A DNA stretch of 32,000 bases from Mycobacterium tuberculosis H37Rv (lineage in GTDB: Bacteria > Actinomycetota > Actinomycetes > Mycobacteriales > Mycobacteriaceae). Each line of letters begins with the position of its first letter. The stretch's first letter is position 1. The DNA is taken from assembly GCF_000195955.2 (NCBI RefSeq), contig NC_000962.3:270001-302000 (forward strand), read 5' to 3'. Under the pieces are notes generated by a model. The model was not told the origin of the DNA, made no database searches, and saw only the letters and a program-made list of their open reading frames with translations. Position numbers and translations under genes: made by a program. Positions 18,353 through 26,808 of this stretch are shown piece by piece.

Positions 18353-18427
18353 CGATGTGCGGCTGGCGCCCCACTGCTTACCGTAGGGTTAGATAGACGG
18401 GCTACAGGGGCCCAAAAGGGGCTGGCG

Positions 18428-19042
18428 ATGGCAGGTGGTACCAAGCGACTACCGCGTGCTGTCCGAGAGCAGCAGATGCTCGATGCCGCCGTGCAGATGT
18501 TCTCGGTTAACGGCTACCACGAGACCTCGATGGACGCGATCGCTGCCGAGGCGCAGATCTCCAAGCCGATGCTGTACCTGTACTACGGCTCCAAGGAAGA
18601 CCTGTTCGGCGCCTGCCTGAACCGTGAGATGAGCCGGTTCATCGACGCGTTGCGTTCCAGCATCAACTTCGACCAGAGCCCGAAAGACTTGCTGCGCAAC
18701 ACCATCGTGTCGTTCCTACGCTATATCGATGCCAACCGGGCGTCGTGGATCGTGATGTACACCCAGGCCACCAGCTCCCAAGCGTTCGCGCACACGGTGC
18801 GTGAGGGGCGCGAACAGATCGTCCAACTGGTGGCCGAGTTGGTGCGGGCCGGCACCCGCGGCCCGCTTACGGACGCCGAAATCGAGATGATGGCCGTCGC
18901 GCTGGTGGGCGCCGGCGAGGCAGTGGCCACCCGGCTCGGTATCGGTGACACCGACGTTGACGAGGCGGCCGAGATGATGATCAACCTGTTCTGGCTCGGC
19001 CTCAAGGGCGCGCCGGTGGATCGGCTCGAGACCGGGCACTGA
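18428..19042 (+). CDS. TetR/AcrR-family transcriptional regulator, 204 aa (Rv0238-like)
   Basis: REQQMLDAAVQMFSVNGYHETSMDAIAAEAQISKPMLYLYYGSKEDLFGACL HTH domain. Confidence 0.95.
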   Translation: MAGGTKRLPRAVREQQMLDAAVQMFSVNGYHETSMDAIAAEAQISKPMLYLYYGSKEDLFGACLNREMSRFIDALRSSINFDQSPKDLLRNTIVSFLRYIDANRASWIVMYTQATSSQAFAHTVREGREQIVQLVAELVRAGTRGPLTDAEIEMMAVALVGAGEAVATRLGIGDTDVDEAAEMMINLFWLGLKGAPVDRLETGH

Positions 19043-19103
19043 CCTGCGCGGTATCGGCCACTGAGATGTGGGTGTATTTTAGATGCAGATGTAAATTCGA
19101 TGT

Positions 19104-19337
19104 ATGATTCGAACGCAAGTCCAGCTCCCAGATGAGCTTTACCGGGACGCCAAGCGGGTCGCGCACGAGCACGAAATGACCCTTGCCGAGGTCGTTCGTC
19201 GCGGGCTGGAGCACATGGTGCGGATCTATCCGAGGCGCGATGCGGCGTCCGACACCTGGCAGCCGCCCACGCCGCGTCGACTCGGTCCGTTTCGTGCGTC
19301 CGAAGAAACGTGGCGCGAGCTCGCCAACGAGGCGTGA
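19104..19337 (+). CDS. vapB24: Antitoxin VapB24, 77 aa
   Basis: [43 protein letters not shown]... is a ribbon-helix-helix antitoxin, 7 nt upstream of a PIN-domain toxin. Confidence 0.92.
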
Positions 19338-19344
19338 GTAGCCC

Positions 19345-19782
19345 GTGCTCTCGATCGATACGAATATCCTGCTGTACGCGCAGAACCGGGATTGCCCCGA
19401 GCATGACGCCGCCGCCGCCTTCCTCGTCGAGTGCGCTGGTCGAGCCGACGTCGCAGTCTGCGAACTCGTGCTTATGGAGCTGTATCAATTGCTGCGGAAT
19501 CCTACGGTGGTGACGCGACCGCTCGAGGGCCCCGAGGCGGCGGAAGTCTGTCAGACGTTCCGTCGCAACCGGCGGTGGGCGCTCCTCGAGAACGCTCCGG
19601 TCATGAACGAGGTGTGGGTGTTGGCGGCCACGCCTAGAATTGCTCGCCGGCGCCTATTCGATGCCCGGCTGGCACTGACCTTGCGCCATCATGGTGTCGA
19701 CGAATTCGCCACTCGAAACATCAACGGCTTCACCGACTTCGGCTTCTCACGCGTGTGGGACCCGATAACGTCGGATGGCTGA
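19345..19782 (+). CDS. vapC24: PIN-domain toxin VapC24, 145 aa
   Basis: MLSIDTNILLYAQNRDCPEHDAAAAFLVECAG...VCELVLMELYQLLRNP...RRLFDARLALTLRHHGVDEFATRNINGFTDFGF PIN motifs. Confidence 0.92.
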   Translation: MLSIDTNILLYAQNRDCPEHDAAAAFLVECAGRADVAVCELVLMELYQLLRNPTVVTRPLEGPEAAEVCQTFRRNRRWALLENAPVMNEVWVLAATPRIARRRLFDARLALTLRHHGVDEFATRNINGFTDFGFSRVWDPITSDG

Positions 19783-19811
19783 CCACGCCGGGCCGATCCG
19801 CGTGGCCCCGG

Positions 19812-20654
19812 CTATAGACCCCGCACGGTAGCGGTCAGGTGGGGGTATCCCTTGGCCATATTGCGCAGCGTGAGATCCCAGCCGCCATCGCCTTCGGCGA
19901 CGTAGAGTCCCGCGGTGGCCGGCAGCAGCACCGGCTTGGCGAACCGAACCGAATAGCGCACCGCGTCCGGAAAACGGGCTTCGATATTCGCCAATACCGC
20001 CGCGGCAGTGAACATCCCGTGCGCGATGACGGTGGGGAAGCCGAACAGTTTCGCCGCGATCGGGTTGGTGTGGATCGGGTTGTGATCGCCGCCGACGGCG
20101 GCATAGCGGCGGATCTTCGCCGGGGTGATCCGCAGGACCGCGGCGGGCGGGGGTAGCTTGGGCTTTTTTTGCGGCGGCGGTTTGGGTTCGCCGGACAAGC
20201 TGGTGCGTTGTTGATGCAGGAACGTCGTCACCTGGTGCCAGGCGACATCGTTGCCGACGCTGACGTTGGTCACCAGATCGACCAGCAGGCCCCTGCGGTG
20301 TTCGCGCAGATTCTCCGCGCGCACCCGCACGCCCACCGCGTCGGTGACCGCGATCGGCCGGTATTGCGTGATGTGGTTCTCGGTGTGTATCGCTCCCATT
20401 GCGGCGAACGGGAAGTCGAAGCCGGTCACCAACGACATCACCGATGGAAAAGTCAACGCGAACGGATAGGTCAACGGCACCTGGTTGCCGTAGCGCAGAC
20501 CGGTGACCGCCGCGTAGGCCGCGACGTTGGCGGGGTCGATCGGCAGCTCCTCGACGGTCACCGTCCGGTTGGGCAGCTGGTCTGTCCGGGGCACCACGGG
20601 TAGCGCCCCGGCCGCCGCGCGCAGCAGGTTCTTCAGGCCGCTGGGTTGAGTCAC
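19812..20654 (-). CDS. htdX: 3-hydroxyacyl-thioester dehydratase (MaoC-like, double hotdog), 280 aa
   Basis: ...YAAVGGDHNPIHTNPIAAKLFGFPTVIAHGMFTAAAVLA is the hydratase-2 motif. Downstream of fabG4 on the same strand with a 10-nt gap. Confidence 0.92.
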   Translation of the reverse strand: MTQPSGLKNLLRAAAGALPVVPRTDQLPNRTVTVEELPIDPANVAAYAAVTGLRYGNQVPLTYPFALTFPSVMSLVTGFDFPFAAMGAIHTENHITQYRPIAVTDAVGVRVRAENLREHRRGLLVDLVTNVSVGNDVAWHQVTTFLHQQRTSLSGEPKPPPQKKPKLPPPAAVLRITPAKIRRYAAVGGDHNPIHTNPIAAKLFGFPTVIAHGMFTAAAVLANIEARFPDAVRYSVRFAKPVLLPATAGLYVAEGDGGWDLTLRNMAKGYPHLTATVRGL

Positions 20655-20664
20655 TACTGTCCCC

Positions 20665-22029
20665 TCACGCGCCGATCATGGCCTGGCCGCAGACACGAAT
20701 GACGTTGCCGGTCACCGCGTTTGACGCCGGGCTGGCGAAGTAGGCGATGGCCTCGGCGACGTCGACGGGCTGCCCGCCCTGCAGCAGCGAGTTCAGCCGG
20801 CGGCCTACCTCACGGGTGGCCAGCGGGATGGCGGCCGTCATCTGGGTTTCGATGAATCCCGGTGCCACGGCGTTGATCGTGATGCCTTTCGCGGCCAGGC
20901 CGGGTGCCAGCGCCTGGGTGATGCCGATCATCCCGGCCTTGGTGGTGGCGTAGTTGGTCTGGCCGCGGTTGCCGGCGATGCCGGCGATCGACGACAGCCC
21001 GATCACCCGACCACCCTCTCCGATGCTGCCGTTGCCCACCAGACCCTCGGTGAGCCGCAACGGGGCAAGCAGATTGACAGCCAGGACGGCGTCCCAACGC
21101 GCATCGTCCATGTTGGCCAGCAGCTTGTCACGGGTGATGCCGGCGTTGTTGACCAGGATGTCGGCCTTGCCACCGTGGTGGTCGCGCAGGTGCTCGCTGA
21201 TCTTGTCGACGGCATCGTCGGCGGTGACGTCGAGCCACAGCGCGGTGCCGCCCACCTTGCTGGCGGTTTCGGCCAGGTTCTCGGCGGCGGACTCCACATC
21301 GATGGCGACCACGTGGGCGCCGTCGCGAGCGAACACCTCGGCGATGGTTGCGCCGATGCCGCGGGCCGCGCCGGTCACAATGGCGACCTTGCCGTCCAGC
21401 GGCTTCTCCCAGTCGGCCGGCGGTGTGGAATCGTCCGCCCCGACAGAGAAGACTTGGCCGTCGACGTAGGCCGACTTGGCCGACAGCAGGAATCGCATGG
21501 TCGACTCGAGGCCGGTAGCTGCGGGCTTGGCGTCCGGCGACAGGTAGACCAACGCCGTTGTCGCACCGCGGCGCAGTTCCTTGCCCAGCGAGCGGGTGAA
21601 GCCCTCCAGCGCGCGCTGCGCGATCCGCTCGTTCGTGCTGGCGGCCGCTTCGGGTGTGCCGCCAACAACCACCACGCGCCCGCAACGGCCGAGATTGCGC
21701 AGTACCGGAGTAAAGAACTCGTGCAGCCCCTTGAGCCCGGCCGGCTCTGTGATGCCGGTGGCGTCGAAGACCAGCCCGCCGAACGAGTCCGCCCAGCGCC
21801 CGCCCAGGTTGTTTCCTACCAGGTCGTAGTCCTTTTCGAGTGCCGCGCGCAGTGGTTCGACGACCCTGCCGGCCCCGCCGATCAGCAGCGACCCGGTCAG
21901 TGGCGGTTCGCCTGCTCGATAGCGGCGAAGCGTCTCGGGTTGCGGAACACCCAATTGCCTGGCCAAAAACGATCCTGGACCGGAGTTGACAACCTGCGAG
22001 AACAGATCGGACGAACGCTTGGGAGCCAC
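20665..22029 (-). CDS. fabG4: High-molecular-weight 3-oxoacyl-[ACP/CoA] reductase FabG4, 454 aa
   Basis: C-terminal SDR domain ([60 protein letters not shown]) with a roughly 200-aa N-terminal degenerate Rossmann/flavodoxin-like extension. Confidence 0.94.
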
Positions 22030-22095
22030 TTCAGCTGCCTTCCGTATCGTGTGGGGGTCGGGCGCGCCAATACACGTAACCGTATCGAGGACTAA

Positions 22096-22111
22096 CTTAC
22101 TTCAGAGTAAG
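22096..22111. promoter_or_regulatory. Palindrome cttact-tcag-agtaag (core TTAC-N6-GTAA) in the divergent fabG4/fadA2 promoter region
   Basis: Seen directly. It lies 19 nt upstream-edge to upstream-edge from a TAGTAT hexamer at 22121-22126. Confidence 0.5.
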
Positions 22112-22170
22112 AACAGTGGGTAGTATGGCCCTCAACGGCCGATCCCCCGAACTGATCAACGGAGAAAACA

Positions 22171-23493
22171 GTGGCCCCTGCTGCTAAGAACACTTCACAG
22201 ACCAGGCGGCGAGTCGCCGTACTGGGCGGCAACCGCATCCCGTTCGCCAGATCGGACGGTGCCTACGCGGATGCGTCCAACCAGGACATGTTCACCGCGG
22301 CGCTGAGCGGCTTGGTGGACCGATTCGGACTCGCCGGCGAGCGGCTGGACATGGTGGTGGGCGGTGCGGTGCTCAAACACAGCCGCGACTTCAATCTAAT
22401 GCGCGAATGCGTGCTGGGCTCCGAACTCTCGCCGTACACGCCGGCGTTCGACCTGCAGCAGGCCTGCGGGACGGGCCTGCAGGCCGCGATCGCGGCCGCC
22501 GACGGCATTGCCGCCGGGCGGTATGAGGTGGCCGCCGCTGGCGGGGTGGACACCACCTCGGACCCGCCGATCGGCCTGGGCGACGACCTGCGCCGCACCC
22601 TGCTCAAGCTGCGCCGATCTAGGTCCAACGTGCAACGCCTCAAGCTGGTGGGCACGCTGCCGGCCAGCCTGGGCGTGGAGATCCCCGCCAACAGCGAGCC
22701 GCGCACCGGGCTGTCGATGGGCGAGCACGCCGCCGTCACCGCCAAGCAGATGGGCATCAAACGCGTAGACCAGGACGAGCTGGCCGCCGCCAGCCATCGC
22801 AATATGGCCGACGCCTACGACCGGGGTTTCTTCGACGACCTGGTCAGTCCGTTTTTAGGGCTGTACCGAGACGACAATCTGCGGCCTAACTCCAGCGTCG
22901 AGAAACTGGCCACGCTGCGTCCGGTCTTCGGAGTGAAGGCCGGTGACGCGACGATGACGGCCGGCAATTCGACTCCGCTGACCGACGGCGCCTCGGTGGC
23001 ATTGCTGGCCAGCGAACAGTGGGCGGAGGCACACTCGCTGGCTCCGCTGGCCTATCTCGTGGATGCCGAGACCGCCGCGGTCGACTATGTCAACGGCAAC
23101 GACGGCCTGTTGATGGCGCCGACCTACGCGGTACCCCGGCTGCTGGCCCGTAACGGGTTGAGCCTGCAGGACTTCGACTTCTACGAAATCCACGAGGCGT
23201 TTGCCTCCGTGGTGCTCGCGCATCTGGCGGCGTGGGAGTCCGAGGAGTACTGCAAGCGGCGGCTGGGCCTGGACGCCGCGCTGGGGTCGATCGATCGGTC
23301 CAAGCTCAACGTCAACGGGTCGTCGTTGGCCGCCGGGCACCCCTTCGCGGCGACCGGTGGGCGGATTTTGGCGCAGACCGCCAAGCAGCTCGCCGAGAAG
23401 AAGGCGGCGAAAAAAGGCGGCGGACCGCTGCGCGGGCTGATTTCGATCTGCGCGGCCGGCGGCCAAGGTGTGGCCGCGATTTTGGAGGCCTGA
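22171..23493 (+). CDS. fadA2: Acetyl-CoA acyltransferase (thiolase), 440 aa
   Basis: FDLQQACGTGLQAAIAAADGIAAGRYEVAAAGGVD (active-site Cys region), NVNGSSLAAGHPFAATGGR and AAGGQGVAAILE thiolase motifs. Confidence 0.95.
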   Translation: MAPAAKNTSQTRRRVAVLGGNRIPFARSDGAYADASNQDMFTAALSGLVDRFGLAGERLDMVVGGAVLKHSRDFNLMRECVLGSELSPYTPAFDLQQACGTGLQAAIAAADGIAAGRYEVAAAGGVDTTSDPPIGLGDDLRRTLLKLRRSRSNVQRLKLVGTLPASLGVEIPANSEPRTGLSMGEHAAVTAKQMGIKRVDQDELAAASHRNMADAYDRGFFDDLVSPFLGLYRDDNLRPNSSVEKLATLRPVFGVKAGDATMTAGNSTPLTDGASVALLASEQWAEAHSLAPLAYLVDAETAAVDYVNGNDGLLMAPTYAVPRLLARNGLSLQDFDFYEIHEAFASVVLAHLAAWESEEYCKRRLGLDAALGSIDRSKLNVNGSSLAAGHPFAATGGRILAQTAKQLAEKKAAKKGGGPLRGLISICAAGGQGVAAILEA

Positions 23494-23568
23494 CGCTGAC
23501 GGCTCGGTAAGTGCCTCGCGGGAAGTCCCGAGTGGCCGGTGGGCCGCCCAAAGAAATGTGTTGCGGGT

Positions 23569-23594
23569 GGTTTGCGCCCTGAGCAGATGGGTAC
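23569..23594 (+). promoter_or_regulatory. SigF-type promoter (GGTTT-N15-GGGTAC)
   Basis: ggttt at 23569-23573, 15-nt spacer, gggtac at 23589-23594. It matches the mycobacterial SigF consensus GGTTT-N15-17-GGGTAT closely. Confidence 0.75.
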
Positions 23595-23603
23595 CCGATC
23601 ACT

Positions 23604-23705
23604 CGGATAGCCCCGTGTTGTTGTCTGACCCCCGACCCCGACGGCAATGCGGGGCAATCCCCTGGAAAGGGCCGCCGCTGGTGGGAGGGGACCCAGCGGC
23701 GGTCT
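23604..23705 (+). ncRNA. F6: Small regulatory RNA F6 (about 102 nt)
   Basis: Lies between fadA2 and fadE5, downstream of the SigF-type promoter, and ends in a GC hairpin plus T-tract. Position and length agree with the described M. tuberculosis F6 sRNA (Arnvig and Young), recalled from memory. Exact ends are not derivable from sequence alone. Confidence 0.8.
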
Positions 23706-23709
23706 TTTT
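23672..23709 (+). terminator. Rho-independent terminator
   Basis: ccgccgctgg (23672-23681) and ccagcggcgg (23693-23702), a perfect 10-bp stem followed by tcttttt. Confidence 0.8.
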
Positions 23710-23727
23710 GGGCTTGCCCCATCGTTC

Positions 23728-23788
23728 GTTGACTCTGCGTCCACCACGCAAAAGTGCGAGTAACCCGTCCGGTGGACGCAGAGTCAAC
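23728..23788. repeat. 18-bp perfect inverted repeat, 25-nt loop, between F6 and the fadE5 stop
   Basis: gttgactctgcgtccacc (23728-23745) and ggtggacgcagagtcaac (23771-23788). Confidence 0.85.
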
Positions 23789-23797
23789 AGATAAGGA

Positions 23798-25633
23798 TCA
23801 GAACGCGGCCTCGTCGAGTTCCATGATGTCGTTGTCCAGCGTCTCGATCACCTCGCGGGTGCTGGTCAACAGCGGCAAGAAGTTCTTCGCGAAGAACGAC
23901 GCCACCGCGACTTTGCCTTCGTAGAAGGACCGCTCGTCGCCGGTGGCACCCGCGTCGAGTGCCGCCACCGCCACCGCGGCCTGACGCTGCAGCAACCAGC
24001 CGATGATGAGGTCACCGACGCTCATCAAGAAGCGCACCGAACCCAAGCCCACCTTGTAGAGGCTGGTGACGTCCTGCTGCGCGGCCATCAGGTAGCCGGT
24101 CAGTGCGGCCGCCATGCCCTGGACGTCGGTGAGCGCCTTGGCCAGCAGCGCGCGTTCGGTCTTCAGCCGGCCGTTGCCAGCACCGCTGTCGACGAACTCC
24201 TGGATCTGGCCTGACACGTGCGCCAACGCCACGCCCTTGTCACGGACGATTTTGCGGAAGAAGAAGTCTTGTGCCTGGATGGCGGTGGTGCCTTCGTACA
24301 GGGAGTCGATCTTGGCGTCCCGGATGTACTGCTCGATCGGATAGTCCTGCAAGAAGCCGGATCCACCCAGGGTTTGCAGGCTTTCAGTGAGCTTGGCGTA
24401 AGCCTGTTCGGAGCCCACACCCTTGACTACCGGCAACATCAGGTCGTTGACCTTGACGGCCAACTTGGCGTCCACACCGTGCACCACCTCGGCGACAGCC
24501 GCGTCCTGGAAAGTGGCGGTGTAGAGGTAGAGCGCACGCAGGCCCTCGGCGTAAGCCTTCTGGGTCATCAGCGAGCGGCGCACGTCGGGGTGATGTGTGA
24601 TCGTCACCCGGGGCGCGGTCTTGTCGGTCATCTGGGTCAGGTCGGCACCCTGCACGCGGGACTTGGCGTACTGAAGCGCGTTGAGGTAGCCGGTGGACAG
24701 CGTCGCGATGGCCTTCGTGCCGACCATCATGCGGGCCTGCTCAATGACCTCGAACATCTGCGCGATGCCGTTGTGTACCTCGCCGACCAGCCAGCCCTTG
24801 GCGGGGACGCCGTGTTGGCCGAACGCCAGTTCACAGGTCGCCGAGACCTTTAGGCCCATCTTGTGTTCGACGTTGGTGACGAACACGCCATTGCGCTCGC
24901 CGGGTTCGCCGGTTTCGACGTCGAACAGGAACTTGGGCACGAAGTACAGCGACAGGCCCTTGGTGCCGGGACCGGCGCCCTCCGGGCGAGCCAGCACCAG
25001 GTGGAAGATGTTCTCGAACAGGTCGCCGGAGTCACCCGAGGTAATGAACCGCTTGACGCCGTCGATGTGCCAGGACCCGTCGGCCTGTTGGACAGCTTTG
25101 GTTCGGGCAGCGCCCACATCGGAGCCGGCATCCGGCTCGGTGAGCACCATGGTCGATCCCCAGCCGCGTTCGGCGGCTAGGACCGCCCACTTCTTCTGCT
25201 CCTCGGTGCCGAGGTGGTAGAGGATCTGGGCGAAGCCCGCGCCGCCGGCGTACATCCATACCGCCGGATTGGCGCCCAAGATGTGCTCATGCAGCGCCCA
25301 GACCACTGCCTTGGGCATCGGCATGCCCCCGAGTGCCTCGTCGATGCCGACCTTGTCCCAACCGGCTTCCAGCATCGCGTTGACTGACTTTTTGAACGAT
25401 TCCGGCAGCATCACCGAGTGGGTTTTCGGGTCGAAAACGGGCGGGTTGCGGTCCCCTTCGACGAACGACTCGGCCACCGGCCCCTCGGCCAGCCGGCTGA
25501 CCTCGGCCAGCATGTCGCGGGCGGTGTCGACGTCGACGTCGCTGAATTCGCCATGGCCCAAAGCTTTGTCGACGCCCAGCACTTCGAACAGGTTAAAAAC
25601 CTGGTCACGGACGTTGCTCCGGTAGTGGCTCAC
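23798..25633 (-). CDS. fadE5: Acyl-CoA dehydrogenase, 611 aa from the GTG at 25633 (ORF extends to 25720)
   Basis: [26 protein letters not shown]...[24 protein letters not shown]...[11 protein letters not shown]...ADLTQ...[42 protein letters not shown]. Confidence 0.94.
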   Translation of the reverse strand: MSHYRSNVRDQVFNLFEVLGVDKALGHGEFSDVDVDTARDMLAEVSRLAEGPVAESFVEGDRNPPVFDPKTHSVMLPESFKKSVNAMLEAGWDKVGIDEALGGMPMPKAVVWALHEHILGANPAVWMYAGGAGFAQILYHLGTEEQKKWAVLAAERGWGSTMVLTEPDAGSDVGAARTKAVQQADGSWHIDGVKRFITSGDSGDLFENIFHLVLARPEGAGPGTKGLSLYFVPKFLFDVETGEPGERNGVFVTNVEHKMGLKVSATCELAFGQHGVPAKGWLVGEVHNGIAQMFEVIEQARMMVGTKAIATLSTGYLNALQYAKSRVQGADLTQMTDKTAPRVTITHHPDVRRSLMTQKAYAEGLRALYLYTATFQDAAVAEVVHGVDAKLAVKVNDLMLPVVKGVGSEQAYAKLTESLQTLGGSGFLQDYPIEQYIRDAKIDSLYEGTTAIQAQDFFFRKIVRDKGVALAHVSGQIQEFVDSGAGNGRLKTERALLAKALTDVQGMAAALTGYLMAAQQDVTSLYKVGLGSVRFLMSVGDLIIGWLLQRQAAVAVAALDAGATGDERSFYEGKVAVASFFAKNFLPLLTSTREVIETLDNDIMELDEAAF

Positions 25634-25696
25634 TGCCGATCCTCCTCGTTGAGAGTGCCACCTCAGGGTTGGGTAGGGTTGGGTACTCGAAACCAA

Positions 25697-25712
25697 GTTA
25701 CCCACCAGTAAC
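25697..25712. promoter_or_regulatory. Palindrome gttac-ccacca-gtaac (core TTAC-N6-GTAA) in the fadE5 leader/promoter region
   Basis: Same core and spacing as 22097-22110. A candidate minus-strand promoter (TTGCAT-N16-TATATT, with TATATT as the complement of 25721-25726) lies immediately upstream. Confidence 0.5.
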
Positions 25713-25998
25713 ACCGTCAAAATATATCCGTTGCATAGGTCAATGCAAGTTGATGTGAGCTACATTGCACCAACTAACTAACCAACCGGTTGGGTTAGCG
25801 GTGATCCTGGCCGTGTCGGTCCTCTCACCTGCGGCGATAGCGATCAAATGAAGAATATGCGGAGTCTAGGGCGGCAGCGCCTGGCAGCGTAGATCATCGG
25901 CTCACGCGGATGCGGCCTCTTGGTACGGACATGCGCGCGGATGTCCGGCGAGTAGGGTCGGATGCGAAAACTACGTCCTCGGCTCTAGGGGCGAATGA

Positions 25999-26493
<495 letters not shown>

Positions 26494-26808
26494 ACGTCTA
26501 TACGGACGCCCACTTGGTCTGTCCGGACAACATAGCGGTCAGCGGCCCATTCTGGTTGCGATAAATGATGGTAGATCACGTCATTTTGCTTCCAGTAGTC
26601 GTGCCCATGTTTGAGAGGCACAACTATTGGTCGCTTTCATTCGTTGCGCGCAGACCGGTCTTTGTATGACGATGATGGGAAGTTCTATCTGCCGCCAAAA
26701 GCAGAATGGCAGGACGCAGGATGAAGCGATGAGCCGACCCGCCGGAACCGGTTTCCGGGAACGGGTGGGATGCATGCCCACTTGAGGTCTCGCGGCAGGC
26801 GGTGGAGC

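Noticed and set aside
21175-22095. 306-aa plus-strand ORF antisense to fabG4
   Set aside because: Shadow ORF opposite a clear SDR gene; the composition is not protein-like.
24218-24853. 211-aa plus-strand ORF within fadE5
   Set aside because: Antisense shadow ORF; fadE5 is unambiguous on the minus strand.
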